Source of the DNA: Gammaproteobacteria bacterium
GTDB lineage: Bacteria; Pseudomonadota; Gammaproteobacteria; Arenicellales; JAJDZL01
Length of the DNA stretch: 64,000 nt
Assembly (NCBI GenBank): GCA_022823405.1
Contig: JAJDXD010000073.1
Coordinates: forward strand, 7,430-71,429
Reading direction: 5' to 3'
The position numbers and the translations under genes were made by a program. Shown in pieces: positions 29,812-40,541 of this stretch (its first letter is position 1; each line of letters opens with the position of its first letter). The notes below the pieces were generated by a model. The model was not told where the DNA came from. It did no database searches and saw only the letters and a program-made list of their open reading frames with translations.

Positions 29812-31049
29812 TGAGATGCCCTACCGAGTTGTGTGTACCAATCTCCAATGAGCTGACGTTCGGCTTCAGTCATTTGTGAAAGATTGCCAATAGGCATTGA
29901 CCGGGTGGCTACGGAGGTAGTGTAGATGCGTGATGCAAGTGTGTTGATCTGTTCGTCAGTATCCATCACGATGCCCCCCGGTGCCACTTGAAAATCATTA
30001 TGCACCGGCGCCGCGGAATGACAGATAGTACAACGTTCATGAATGACGCTGCGTACGTTTTCTATTGAAACTGATTTTACAGTATCCAAAGTCGACCGAG
30101 ATTCGGGCAAAGTCATCAGCGCAATCAGGATGAAGATACCAGCCCCGACCAGTAGTAGCCACCACTTCGTACCCGGCAGATGGCGAACGTTAAAGTAGTG
30201 TCGGACGACGATTCCGGCAACAGCAATTCCAATCAATATCAGCCAATTCCAGCTGCTGCTGAAAGTTGACGGGTAATGACTGCTGATCATGATGAACAAC
30301 ACTGGCAACGTCAAATAATTGTTGTGCCGGGAGCGGGTCAGTCCTGCCCTACCAAGTGCCGCATCCCGTTCTCCGCCTGTTTCCATTGCCCGAACCAGTG
30401 ATTTTTGTGAAGGAACAATCACTGCCATCACATTAAGCACCATGACAGTACCAATGGCCGCACCCACATGGATAAATGCACCGCGCCCACTAAACGTATT
30501 ACACAGAAGAATCGTCAGGAGACAAAAGTATGTAAATATGATGAGCGCAAGAAGCAAGTGCCGCTCGGCAAAGGCCGACCGGCACATCAGATCGTAAAAT
30601 ATCCAGGAGATTGCCAATGTAGCAACTCCGATCGTTATCCCCTGCCAGGGAGCAATTTGAGCGACTGACTGATCCAGTAAGTAAGCGTTGGCATTTCCAT
30701 AAAAGATCAAAACCAGCAATCCCAGGCCCGTAAACCACGTGAAATAAGCCTCCCACTTGAACCAATGGAGCTGAGCTGGTAACTCATCCGGGGCAACCTC
30801 GTACTTTTGAACGTGGTAAAACCCACCGCCATGTATTGCCCAGAGGTCCCCTTCAATGGAGGGGTTTACCGACTGCTGTCGAATGAGACGGTTTTCGAGC
30901 CAATTGAAATAGAACGACGCACCGATCCATGCGATGCCAACTGTCAGATGGGCCCAGCGTAACGACAGTTCAAGCCATTCTTGGAGGTGGACTTCAATCA
31001 TCGATATTTGATTGAGATTCCTGATTGATAAGCCAGGAGCGAATTTCAT
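29808..31049 (-). CDS. puuD: membrane urate hydroxylase with C-terminal cytochrome c domain (PuuD-type)
   Basis: 413 aa and multi-TM with RWAHLTVGIAWIGASFYF plus a C-terminal CTICH heme-binding motif. It has a 4-nt overlap with uraH. An alternative start lies at 31001. Confidence 0.8.
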   Translation of the reverse strand: MKFAPGLSIRNLNQISMIEVHLQEWLELSLRWAHLTVGIAWIGASFYFNWLENRLIRQQSVNPSIEGDLWAIHGGGFYHVQKYEVAPDELPAQLHWFKWEAYFTWFTGLGLLVLIFYGNANAYLLDQSVAQIAPWQGITIGVATLAISWIFYDLMCRSAFAERHLLLALIIFTYFCLLTILLCNTFSGRGAFIHVGAAIGTVMVLNVMAVIVPSQKSLVRAMETGGERDAALGRAGLTRSRHNNYLTLPVLFIMISSHYPSTFSSSWNWLILIGIAVAGIVVRHYFNVRHLPGTKWWLLLVGAGIFILIALMTLPESRSTLDTVKSVSIENVRSVIHERCTICHSAAPVHNDFQVAPGGIVMDTDEQINTLASRIYTTSVATRSMPIGNLSQMTEAERQLIGDWYTQLGRASQ

Positions 31050-31269
31050 TCGCTCTCATTTAATTTTTCCGAGTAGAAGCAGATCGCGTGAGAATTATAG
31101 TGAACGAACTGATTGCAGAGATGCTGGCCATTCGTTCAATTGGACTACTTTACCTAGTTGATAACACTCCATTTCGCTTGTTATAACTCGAAAAAATCAC
31201 TAATCTCCTTTGGGTCCGGTCAACACAATATTTCGACCAGGTGGATTCACTTATCTCCTGAACTTGATC

Positions 31270-32163
31270 TTACGCGGAAACCTTGGTGTTTCGCACTTCT
31301 GACTGCGAAAGAAAAATGATGGCAAGCACAATTAGTAATGAACCGAAAATTGTCCAAAAATCCGGAAACTCTCGAAATACCAGCAACCCTATGATTGCAG
31401 CCCAGACTAGCCGGGTACAGTTCACTGGAAGAACGACCGTTGCATCATACATCTTTAAAGATTTTGTCATACCTAGATGGCCAACTGTCCAGCACAATCC
31501 AATCAGAATCACATTAATAAACTGCTCGGTCGACATGGGCGTCCAGACAGAAAAGGCAAAAAGTGCTGAAACCAGGCATGTGACCGCGAGTGTCCAGGTG
31601 ATGATCACAACCGGTGTTTCCGTTCGAGCGAGTACTTTAGCAGCAACCAGCGCAAACCCCCAGATAAGTGAAGCCAAAAGAACTGCATAGGCCCCCAGCG
31701 AAGCTTCTATATATCCCGGGCGAAGAATTGCTACGATCCCAACAAATGTAACAATCACACTGACCCAACGGTGAAAATACATAATTTCTCGCAGAAAGAG
31801 GACTGATAGAATCACAGCGAAAACAATGCCAACAAAGCTGAGAGATGTCGCTTCAACGAGCGGTGTCAGCGTCAATCCTAAGAAAAAGAGCAGGTTTGCA
31901 ACCGCAACCAGTGTGCCGCGAAGAACAAGTAGCTTTTTGCGCTGAGATTTGAACTGATGCTGCTTTCTGAATGTTGAAAGAACACCGAGTGAGATTAACC
32001 CGACAACGCTGCTGATAAAAGTAATCTGAAAACTATGAATGTCCTGTCCGAGGTGACGCACCAGCGCGTGCATGGTTGCAAGAAAAAACGTTGAAGTCAC
32101 CATCAGAAGAATTGCGCCGATGGCTGGTGAGATTCGCTTCACGTGCTTAAAAGATGGTAACAC
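31270..32163 (-). CDS. DMT superfamily (EamA) transporter
   Basis: 297 aa with 10 predicted TM segments arranged as two EamA-like halves. Confidence 0.75.
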   Translation of the reverse strand: MLPSFKHVKRISPAIGAILLMVTSTFFLATMHALVRHLGQDIHSFQITFISSVVGLISLGVLSTFRKQHQFKSQRKKLLVLRGTLVAVANLLFFLGLTLTPLVEATSLSFVGIVFAVILSVLFLREIMYFHRWVSVIVTFVGIVAILRPGYIEASLGAYAVLLASLIWGFALVAAKVLARTETPVVIITWTLAVTCLVSALFAFSVWTPMSTEQFINVILIGLCWTVGHLGMTKSLKMYDATVVLPVNCTRLVWAAIIGLLVFREFPDFWTIFGSLLIVLAIIFLSQSEVRNTKVSA

Positions 32164-32223
32164 ATGACCGACACAACGCGTGTCAGAAAGATTGTGGGAT
32201 GAAAGAGATTCTTTACGAAAGTA

Positions 32224-33300
32224 TTATTCTGTGCTCAAAACCAAAGCATCCTGTGCGTTCCAACACACTTCAACCGGTGTGTTGATCTCCAAAGGAACTT
32301 GATCAGGCCGCTGTTCCACCAGAAATGGCTTATCTGCTCCAACATCAACAAATATATCCAGCAGATTACCGGAAAATGTAGAACTGACGACTTTCCCCGG
32401 AATTTGATTGTCATATCTGTCTTCGTGTCCTGACCTGCCAATCGCAAGTTTTTCCGGTCGAATGCCGACGCAGAGAGATTTCGACTGTACTTCGGTCGCA
32501 ATTTTTGCACGAATATTCACGTCATTGAGGATCCTCAGATCTGCAATCCCTCCTGATTTGTCCAACAGCTCTGCATCAAGTAGGTTGATGCGGCCGACGA
32601 AATCGGCAACAAAAGAACTTTGCGGAAAGTTATAGATATCCCGAGCAGTCCCTACCTGTTCAATCTCACCATTCCTCATAACGGCAATTCGGTCAGACAT
32701 GTTCATTGCTTCAGTTTGATCGTGAGTGACGAAGACCGTTGTAATTTGGAGTTCCTGTTGAATTCTTCGCAATTCCAACTGCATAGCTTCCCGAAGCTTA
32801 AGGTCCAAAGCGCCTAGCGGTTCGTCCATTAGTAACACTTTCGGTGGATATGCTACGGCACGTGCAACTGAAATTCGCTGTGCCTGTCCGCCACTCAGTT
32901 CTGAGGGATAGCGTTCTTCCACGCCAGGCAAACGCACCAACTCAAGTAGTTCCACTACCCTGTCATTGATTTTTTCTTTTGGGGTACGCCTTTCCCGCAG
33001 AGGAAAGGCAATGTTCTCTTTAATGGTGAGATGCGGAAAAAGCGCATAGTCCTGAAAGACCATACCGATTTCCCTTTTTTGCGGGGGGAGATTCGTGATG
33101 TCCTGATCACCCAGAAGAATCTGTCCCTGATCTGGATCATTAAATCCCGCAATTAGCCGGAGAGTGGTTGTTTTGCCACAACCAGAAGGACCGAGGAGGG
33201 TGATGAATTCACCCTCCTCTATATCCAAACTAATGGTCTTTAGAGCGACTACACTGCCAAATCTCTTGGTAACATTCCGCAGAGCAACGCGCTGTGACAT
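32224..33300 (-). CDS. ABC transporter ATP-binding protein (PotA/CUT1-like with C-terminal TOBE region)
   Basis: Walker A GPSGCGKTT, signature LSGGQAQRISVAR and Walker B LLMDEPLGALD. Confidence 0.9.
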   Translation of the reverse strand: MSQRVALRNVTKRFGSVVALKTISLDIEEGEFITLLGPSGCGKTTTLRLIAGFNDPDQGQILLGDQDITNLPPQKREIGMVFQDYALFPHLTIKENIAFPLRERRTPKEKINDRVVELLELVRLPGVEERYPSELSGGQAQRISVARAVAYPPKVLLMDEPLGALDLKLREAMQLELRRIQQELQITTVFVTHDQTEAMNMSDRIAVMRNGEIEQVGTARDIYNFPQSSFVADFVGRINLLDAELLDKSGGIADLRILNDVNIRAKIATEVQSKSLCVGIRPEKLAIGRSGHEDRYDNQIPGKVVSSTFSGNLLDIFVDVGADKPFLVEQRPDQVPLEINTPVEVCWNAQDALVLSTE

Positions 33301-33337
33301 AGTTGGCGATCAGTGAAATTTATCGCACTGCTGAATA

Positions 33338-34402
33338 TTACTGAGCAATTGCTCTGTTCCACTGGTCGGTCCAGTCCGGTATGATGACTTTCGAATAGTC
33401 AACTCTCAGTTGGTTGGCAACCTTTTCGGGATCCAGTACGATCATTTCCGCGACAAGCGGATCTTCCGCCATTGCTTCAAAAACGCTCTGATTGACGGGA
33501 ACCAGACCGGTTTTTATGGCCATCTTCAGCTGATAGTCAGCACTGATGAACTGATTAATGTACCATTGGGCAGCTTCAGCATTCTTACTGTTTTTCATGA
33601 CTCCAAACCAGCCTTCTGAGGCGACACCAACAAGCTCGTCATTGATTCGTGGATGGACGGTAGTCACATTCTGGCCGGCGAGTTTTTTGGTGCGCAAACA
33701 CCAACCTGCATGAACGACTGAAGCAATGATGTCACCTGACTCAAACTGCGCCATCGTCTCGCCACCACGGGCCCAAAACTTCAATACATTCATTTCCTTA
33801 ACAAGATTCAGTCCCGGTTCAATGTTGGTTTCGTCGCCACCTTCAGCAAACGTTACACCAGCCAGACCGGTAAGGCCACCACCCGAATTGATGTCAGGAA
33901 ACTGGATCCGTCCGGCAAGTTTTGGATGGACAAGATCACGATAGGTTGTGGGTACCGGAATCCCTTCTTCTGCAAATTTATCCTTGTGGTAGCAGATGAC
34001 TTCCTGGGTTTCCCACGATCCGACCAACCACTCGTTGTAGCGACTTTCCGACAGGAATTCAGTGTTGGGAATTAAGCTCAAATCCAGTGGATGAAGCACG
34101 TCAAGTTCATGATAGTCTTTTACTTGAGCAGCAAGAATTTCAACCACGTCAAATGGTGCTTGACCACGCGCTGCAACAATTTTTGCGAAATTTGCCGCTG
34201 GGGATCCGGTTACAAACTCGACTTTTCCGCCTTCTGCTTCAAATTTTGATACGATGTTTTCCACCTGGTTGTCTTTCCACAACCCTCCCCACGTACCAAC
34301 GAGAAGCGTTACACCATCAAACTGACCCGCTGCTAAGGCCGATGATGACAAAAATAATGTAATAAATATGCCAGCCATGGCATTTTTAACTGATTTAAAC
34401 AT
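33338..34402 (-). CDS. ABC transporter periplasmic substrate-binding protein (PotD/SBP family 1-like)
   Basis: 354 aa with the signal peptide MFKSVKNAMAGIFITLFLSSSALAA. It sits in the operon between the permeases and the ATPase. Confidence 0.8.
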   Translation of the reverse strand: MFKSVKNAMAGIFITLFLSSSALAAGQFDGVTLLVGTWGGLWKDNQVENIVSKFEAEGGKVEFVTGSPAANFAKIVAARGQAPFDVVEILAAQVKDYHELDVLHPLDLSLIPNTEFLSESRYNEWLVGSWETQEVICYHKDKFAEEGIPVPTTYRDLVHPKLAGRIQFPDINSGGGLTGLAGVTFAEGGDETNIEPGLNLVKEMNVLKFWARGGETMAQFESGDIIASVVHAGWCLRTKKLAGQNVTTVHPRINDELVGVASEGWFGVMKNSKNAEAAQWYINQFISADYQLKMAIKTGLVPVNQSVFEAMAEDPLVAEMIVLDPEKVANQLRVDYSKVIIPDWTDQWNRAIAQ

Positions 34403-34635
34403 CTCTCACTTTCTCCTTATTCAATTTTTTCAATCAACCATTGAATTTTCAGCGTTGAGACGAATTCTTTTGCAGGTCGATACCATCAGGTATTTGCCAA
34501 ACAATAACGTGCATTGCGTCTGACATCACAAGAAAATTCAGCTAGTTTGTAGAGTTTACAACAAAACTCTTCGACTGCCATAAATTTCATCGATGCACGC
34601 TTGCTTTGTGGGATTGTGCGAATGGCTCCAATCGA

Positions 34636-35499
34636 TTATCCCACTCCACGAGAACCACCTACTTTCAATAACGCATCAAGTCCAATGACCTTTTGAACAA
34701 GCAGGAGCAGAAGCAGGCAAATGATAATCACCAATGTAGCAGATGCCATCAGGCTCGGTTCAAAATCGTTTTCTAGTGCGAAGAATATTTCGACTGGATA
34801 GGTTACAAATCCTGGCGAACTCAAAAATATGGCAACCGGAACATCTGAAAATGAAACCATGAACGCATACAGCGCTCCCGCATAGACTCCGGGCATGATC
34901 ACCGGTAGAGTAACACGGAAAAAGGCTCGCCTCGGTGATGCCCCATGAATGACAGCAGCCTCCTCAAGACGCGTATCGAATCTTTGCAGAATCGCAGTGA
35001 CCGTGCCGACAACATAAGGTGTGGCGATGAAGATATGACCGAGTGCAAGGCCGATGATAGAGCCTTGCCAATAGAATCCGGTCAAGTCGCCAATCCAGTA
35101 GAACAGCTGCAGAAAAGCAATTCCGGTTACGATTGCCGGAATCTGCAATGGTGCGCGAAAAATTGCACTGATCAGAGCTTTTCCGGGAACGTTACTGCGT
35201 ACCAGACCAAGCGCAGCGGGCACGCCCAAAAGACAGCCACACAGTGATGCTACTGTCGCAAGCACGAAGCTCAACAGCAGCGCGTCGATCTGGCCTTCGG
35301 GAATCTGGGTGTACCAGTATAGCGAGAAAGAATCAGGTGGGAAGGTGAATGAAGCCTCAACGTTTTCCGTCGGACCGTTCAGTGATGTACCGATAACAAC
35401 CACCATGGGTGATAGGAGAAATATGTACGAAATGGAGCAGTAAAGTCCAAAGAAGAATCGGCCGATTGCCTTTTGTAATCTGTAGGTTACAAACTTCAT
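34636..35499 (-). CDS. ABC transporter permease (PotC-like)
   Basis: 287 aa with 6 TM segments and a BPD_transp_1-type loop (EEAAVIHGASPRRAFFRVTLPVIMPG). Confidence 0.85.
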   Translation of the reverse strand: MKFVTYRLQKAIGRFFFGLYCSISYIFLLSPMVVVIGTSLNGPTENVEASFTFPPDSFSLYWYTQIPEGQIDALLLSFVLATVASLCGCLLGVPAALGLVRSNVPGKALISAIFRAPLQIPAIVTGIAFLQLFYWIGDLTGFYWQGSIIGLALGHIFIATPYVVGTVTAILQRFDTRLEEAAVIHGASPRRAFFRVTLPVIMPGVYAGALYAFMVSFSDVPVAIFLSSPGFVTYPVEIFFALENDFEPSLMASATLVIIICLLLLLLVQKVIGLDALLKVGGSRGVG

Positions 35500-35508
35500 G
35501 AAATGTCC

Positions 35509-36363
35509 TTAGACAACTACGAGATGAGCGGCGCGCAAACGTCGAAGCAGATAAATTGACAAAAGATTGATGATAATCACCGAAACCAGCAATACTGCAG
35601 CAATCGTCGCCCCCATGGAATACTTGATATCCATCATAACGATCCGTTGAATCATCACGGGGAGCGTGAAGACAAGTCCACCCCCAAGAAGTGCTGCAGA
35701 CGTGAATGCCCCCATACACATGTTGAACACCATGAGAAGCATCGCTGTAACACCTGGCAAAGACAGCGGGAAAATGATGCGGTAGTACACACGCCAGCGA
35801 TTTGCACCATGAATTTGCGCGGCGGATTCCAGCGATTTTGGTATTGTTTGAATGATGCTGTACAGCAGAAGAACACCAAATCCAAGCGTAAAGTGCATCA
35901 ACCCAATAACCACGCCTGTTTCATTACCGAACACTGAAAAAGGTTTGTCAAATAGCCCGATGGCAAGCATTGTCTGATTAAAGAGGCCATTAGCGGAGAA
36001 TATGACAATCAACCCGTAGACTTTGATCACGATAGTGATAAAGGTCGATACAACAATTCCCGCGAGCAAGATCATCGACCAACTCGATCGCATGCGCGCA
36101 ATCAGATAAGCGACCGGAAACCCCAGAATCAATGTCGACAGTGCTGCAAGTGCTGAAGTCTTAACAGTAACCCAGAGAATCTTGAGATAGAAACCATCTG
36201 TGAGAAATTGAACATAGTTTTCAATGACCAACTCGTCACCAACGCGCCCAAGGCCAAGATCTTCAAAAAAACTTGCTCTCAGAAAGACAAACTGTGATGC
36301 CGCAACCAGAGTGAACCCGACAATAAGCGGAGGAATTAGCAGTATCCACCATCTAACCCACAT
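35509..36363 (-). CDS. ABC transporter permease (PotB-like)
   Basis: 284 aa with 6 TM segments and the loop ESAAQIHGANRWRVYYRIIFPLSLPG. Confidence 0.85.
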   Translation of the reverse strand: MWVRWWILLIPPLIVGFTLVAASQFVFLRASFFEDLGLGRVGDELVIENYVQFLTDGFYLKILWVTVKTSALAALSTLILGFPVAYLIARMRSSWSMILLAGIVVSTFITIVIKVYGLIVIFSANGLFNQTMLAIGLFDKPFSVFGNETGVVIGLMHFTLGFGVLLLYSIIQTIPKSLESAAQIHGANRWRVYYRIIFPLSLPGVTAMLLMVFNMCMGAFTSAALLGGGLVFTLPVMIQRIVMMDIKYSMGATIAAVLLVSVIIINLLSIYLLRRLRAAHLVVV

Positions 36364-36480
36364 TGCAACACCCCATCTGCCTGCGAGACTGTTGGTCAGA
36401 TCTTTTTAATGACATATAGTAGATATTTGAATGGTGTTGTACGATTTTAACGGCTTTTAATGACTTTTAATGAAACCACA

Positions 36481-37509
36481 TCAGCCTTTCTTCTGCCGAA
36501 TTTCTCGGGCCTTGGCACGCATGTGCTCTTTCAGTTTCGCTTGCGCCTCAGCAGTGCCATCGTGAAATGTCCCGACAAACTTGTCCATGGGAATTTCCAG
36601 TCCACCGTAATTGCAGTGAATGAACCGATGATGCATCTGATGATGAAAGGTTCCAAGCGAAATGATCTTACGCCGTTTCCCTGCTATCGAGTTGTAGCCA
36701 CAATGTGTGGTCACTGCAGACAAAGCGAAATACTGAAGATGATAAAGAACATGAATAGGATGAGACAGGATAATCCAGTGAACTAAAACCGATCCCAAAA
36801 AGATCAGGTGTTCAATCGGATGCATGGACATTCCCGACCACGGGCCAACGTTGGTGTTTCGATGATGCACATGATGGGCAATCTTGTAGAGTGGTTTCCA
36901 GTGTAGCCAGCGGTGAACAATATAAAAGTAAAGAGTCTCCCAAACCGGCACAATCAGGAATATCGCAACGAACCAGACCGGATTTTGAGCCCACTCCATG
37001 ATTTCCAGGTAACCGTTCGCAAATCCCCAAATGAGCAATGCTTCGTATCCTGTCCAGATCGTAACGCCACTAACAATTGTCCAGAACATGTTATCCAGTA
37101 CCTGGTCTCGGAAGGTATAGAGGCGCCCTTTGCCGAAGCGCTTGCTATCGTATCGTCTTCTGTCTTTCTGAAAGCGGAATACATAGAAGTAAAGATGCAG
37201 ACCACCGGCAAAAATCATCATCAAAACGAAATTTCTGAGCCACATCAGGCCAATCCAATCGAAGGCAAAACTCTTTGACACCTCAAGCGGTGGCTGGAAA
37301 TAATTCCAAGACAGCCACGCAGCGAAAACGATGATCAATTTCTCCGAAATTGGAAACCAACTTCGAACGAACCAGTTCATAATTTTCAAAGGGTCCATGG
37401 GCCACTCAAATAGCGGTGATACAGCCAGGGGAGTGTCAGGCTGATAGTTCCAGTGAGGAACGCCATCCTTTTGTGACCGAGGATTCGGTGAAATTGTCTC
37501 AGCAGTCAT
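36481..37509 (-). CDS. fatty acid hydroxylase/sterol desaturase family membrane di-iron oxygenase
   Basis: 342 aa with histidine boxes HRWLH, HHVHH and HHQMHH, plus several TM segments. Confidence 0.75.
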   Translation of the reverse strand: MTAETISPNPRSQKDGVPHWNYQPDTPLAVSPLFEWPMDPLKIMNWFVRSWFPISEKLIIVFAAWLSWNYFQPPLEVSKSFAFDWIGLMWLRNFVLMMIFAGGLHLYFYVFRFQKDRRRYDSKRFGKGRLYTFRDQVLDNMFWTIVSGVTIWTGYEALLIWGFANGYLEIMEWAQNPVWFVAIFLIVPVWETLYFYIVHRWLHWKPLYKIAHHVHHRNTNVGPWSGMSMHPIEHLIFLGSVLVHWIILSHPIHVLYHLQYFALSAVTTHCGYNSIAGKRRKIISLGTFHHQMHHRFIHCNYGGLEIPMDKFVGTFHDGTAEAQAKLKEHMRAKAREIRQKKG

Positions 37510-37558
37510 GTTCAGATCATCTTTTTGAAGCTCTAATCAACACATCATACACACGCGT

Positions 37559-39088
37559 ATGTCTCAGAACAACAATTTTTTTGAATTGATTCAGCGGCAA
37601 ATGCTGGAATCGTCCCAAAAGACCTTTCTGGAGCTGCATGACTCACGCTCGATTTCCTTTTCGGACGCAAACCGACTTTCAGCTCAACTCGCCAACAAAC
37701 TGAACGAATTAGGTTTGCAACCTGGCGATCGAGTAACCGCACAAATTGATAAATCAGCACAAGCAGTCCTACTGTATTTGGCTTGCATCAGAGCAGGCCT
37801 TGTTTTTCACCCCCTGAATACTGCCTATACACTGAAAGAACTGGATCATTTCCTGGAAGACGCACAACCGATGCTGTTTGTGTGCGGTTCGAAGCGCGCG
37901 GATGATGCAACTGAACTGATGGAAAAATACAAAATCCAGCTGGTTGAAACGCTCGAAGCAAATGGGACGGGTACATTGTGTGAAGATATTACTGATTATG
38001 ACGAGCGCTTTGAAACGGTGGTGCGTGATGGGAACGACACTGCTTTATTGATCTATACATCCGGAACGACTGGCAAACCCAAGGGTGCGATGATTACGCA
38101 CGAAAATATCAGATCGAACGCAGCCAGTCTGAGCCAAGTTTGGGGCTGGCAAAGAAATGATGTCCTGTTGCACGTACTGCCAATTTTTCATGTTCACGGC
38201 CTTTGTGTTGCGTTGCACATACCCTTACTGATGGGCACAAAAATTCTGTTTCAACCCAGGTTTTCGGTTTCGGAAACCATTAAATTGCTTCCGCAGTCCA
38301 CTGTTATGATGGCGGTACCCACCATTTACACGCGTCTATTGTCTGATGCGGAATTCAAGACAGATGTATGTGATGGCATGCGGCTGTTTGTATCCGGGTC
38401 GGCACCCCTGTTGCCGGAAACGTTTACACAGTTTGAACAACGAACTGGACACCGAATTTTAGAGCGCTATGGAATGTCAGAAGCGCAAATGATCACGTCA
38501 AACCCCTTGAATGGTGCTCGACGGAGCGGAACTGTTGGGTTTCCATTACCCGATGTTGAAGTTCGCGTGTGTGATGATGATGGCAGACCACTTGAATGTG
38601 GGGAGATTGGCGCACTTGAAATCAAGGGCCCTAATGTATTCAAGGGATATTGGCGTAATCCAGATGCCACACAATTGACGTTTCGCGAAGATGGCTACTT
38701 CATCACTGGAGATGTAGCAAGAATTGATGAAGATGGTGTGGTTTCCATTGTCGGGAGGGAAAAAGACTTGATCATTTCAGCGGGTTTTAACATTTATCCC
38801 AGTGAAATTGAATTCCAAATCAATCAAATTCCATTGATAAGCGACTCGGCGGTTTTCGGAGTGTCTCACCCAGATCTGGGGGAAGGAGTTGTCGCTGCAG
38901 TTATCCGACAATCGGACCGGTTGAGTGAATTACAAATTATTGAGTCGCTTGAAAAAAACCTATCTGCGTTCAAGATTCCTCGGCAAATTGTATTTGTCGA
39001 TGAGTTCCCGAGAAACGCGATGGGGAAAATTGAAAAAAATCGACTGAGAGAATCGTACCGTTCAATCTTTACTGATGAAGGTACCTGA
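37559..39088 (+). CDS. AMP-dependent acyl-CoA synthetase (malonyl-CoA synthetase MatB-like)
   Basis: 509 aa with the AMP-binding motif YTSGTTGKPKGA and an N-terminal region resembling MatB (HPLNTAYTLKELDHFLEDAQP). Confidence 0.75.
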   Translation: MSQNNNFFELIQRQMLESSQKTFLELHDSRSISFSDANRLSAQLANKLNELGLQPGDRVTAQIDKSAQAVLLYLACIRAGLVFHPLNTAYTLKELDHFLEDAQPMLFVCGSKRADDATELMEKYKIQLVETLEANGTGTLCEDITDYDERFETVVRDGNDTALLIYTSGTTGKPKGAMITHENIRSNAASLSQVWGWQRNDVLLHVLPIFHVHGLCVALHIPLLMGTKILFQPRFSVSETIKLLPQSTVMMAVPTIYTRLLSDAEFKTDVCDGMRLFVSGSAPLLPETFTQFEQRTGHRILERYGMSEAQMITSNPLNGARRSGTVGFPLPDVEVRVCDDDGRPLECGEIGALEIKGPNVFKGYWRNPDATQLTFREDGYFITGDVARIDEDGVVSIVGREKDLIISAGFNIYPSEIEFQINQIPLISDSAVFGVSHPDLGEGVVAAVIRQSDRLSELQIIESLEKNLSAFKIPRQIVFVDEFPRNAMGKIEKNRLRESYRSIFTDEGT

Positions 39089-39091
39089 TTT

Positions 39092-39907
39092 TCAATGCTT
39101 CTCCATTTCCTTTGACAACTCGTCCATCAAACCTGACACACCTCCCAATGACCAACCTCCATCGACAGGTATAACGGTACCTGTGACATAATCTGCCAAC
39201 GGTGATGCCAGAAACATCGCCATCCTTCCAATATCCGAAGATTGTCCAAGTCGTTTAAGTGGTACAGACTCGACAACTGAATTCAGCAACTCTGGAGTGG
39301 GTGCCAATCGTTTCATTCCTTCAGTATCCTGTATTGGACCGGGGACGATTGAATTGACGCGAATGCCTTCGCCACCCCATTCCATGGCGAAAGTCCGAGT
39401 AATCATATCGACACCAGCCTTCGCGGCGCACACGTGCGATTGCAGAATCATCGGGATGAATGCCTGCGGTGCCGAAATATTAATTATTGAACCTCCGGGT
39501 TTTCTCAAATGAGGGTAAGCTGCTTTCAACACGTGAAATGTGCCGAGCAAATCAATATTGACGACCGCGGCAAATCCGTTTGGTGACATATCAGTTGCCC
39601 GGGCAGGGAAATTGCCGGCAGCACCAGACACTAAAACGTCAAATTCTCCAAACTCATGCGCAAAATGTTTGAGGCCTTTAGTTATCTGATCATAATTTCG
39701 GACATCCGCGATAAACCCGAGAACTTCACCACCTGACTGCCTTAGAAACTTGACAGCAGATTCAACTTTCTCTGGTGTACGGCTGATGACCCCGAGTCTT
39801 GCACCCGAATCGGCAAAGTTTTTTGCTACACCGAGGTTGATGCCACTGGTACCACCGACCACAATGACAGTGTTGGCGGAAAAGTTGAAATCAAGATTTT
39901 CGCCCAT
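39092..39907 (-). CDS. short-chain dehydrogenase/reductase (2,4-dienoyl-CoA reductase-like)
   Basis: 271 aa with the Rossmann motif VVGGTSGINLG and an SDR core. Confidence 0.8.
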   Translation of the reverse strand: MGENLDFNFSANTVIVVGGTSGINLGVAKNFADSGARLGVISRTPEKVESAVKFLRQSGGEVLGFIADVRNYDQITKGLKHFAHEFGEFDVLVSGAAGNFPARATDMSPNGFAAVVNIDLLGTFHVLKAAYPHLRKPGGSIINISAPQAFIPMILQSHVCAAKAGVDMITRTFAMEWGGEGIRVNSIVPGPIQDTEGMKRLAPTPELLNSVVESVPLKRLGQSSDIGRMAMFLASPLADYVTGTVIPVDGGWSLGGVSGLMDELSKEMEKH

Positions 39908-39968
39908 GACTAATAGTCAGGTCGAAAGGCTGGTTCTGATGAGAAAAGAAGAGGAATTCGTATAAGAT

Positions 39969-40136
39969 TCAAGATGCTGCGGAATCTTTTCCTTCGACTG
40001 CGGAAAGAATCATGTAAAGGACGGACATACCAGCGCCCCACCATGCAACATTTGATAAAACTGACCCGGTAAACGTATCAAAAGAAGCCAAAACGAGGCA
40101 ACATACAATTGAAACAATTCCCATAAGATAATTCAT
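39969..40136 (-). CDS. hypothetical small membrane protein (55 aa, below the ORF-track cutoff)
   Basis: Own translation gives MNYLMGIVSIVCCLVLASFDTFTGSVLSNVAWWGAGMSVLYMILSAVEGKDSAAS, with two hydrophobic segments. No homolog was recognised. Confidence 0.3.
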   Translation of the reverse strand: MNYLMGIVSIVCCLVLASFDTFTGSVLSNVAWWGAGMSVLYMILSAVEGKDSAAS

Positions 40137-40541
40137 GCCCAAACTCCAATAAGTTAAATTGACGATTCGATCAAGCTTAATTTGATTTTATCAAACATGG
40201 AAGTGTAAAAACTTCTAGCGCTCGATTTCATTTAACATCGGACAAATTTTAACTACTGCGAGCAGTAGCAATTCTAACCCCAATACCTAGTAAGCGTTAT
40301 TCAATGTCGTTTTACCGTGCCCGCTCCCTGTGGTGTATTATTTTGTAACCTCCGATAAATTCCCCTCGACTGACCAACCGCCAGCCGATGGGATTATCAA
40401 ACAAACGAAGAGCCTTGAACGTGTCGGCATACGACGCTGACTATCGAAACCGTATAATCTGTGCGCTAAGTGCCATTCTAAACCTGGCTGCCTAAGTTCA
40501 GAGTGGAAGTCAGGTCTGAAGAGATGACAAACCGGGGAATA

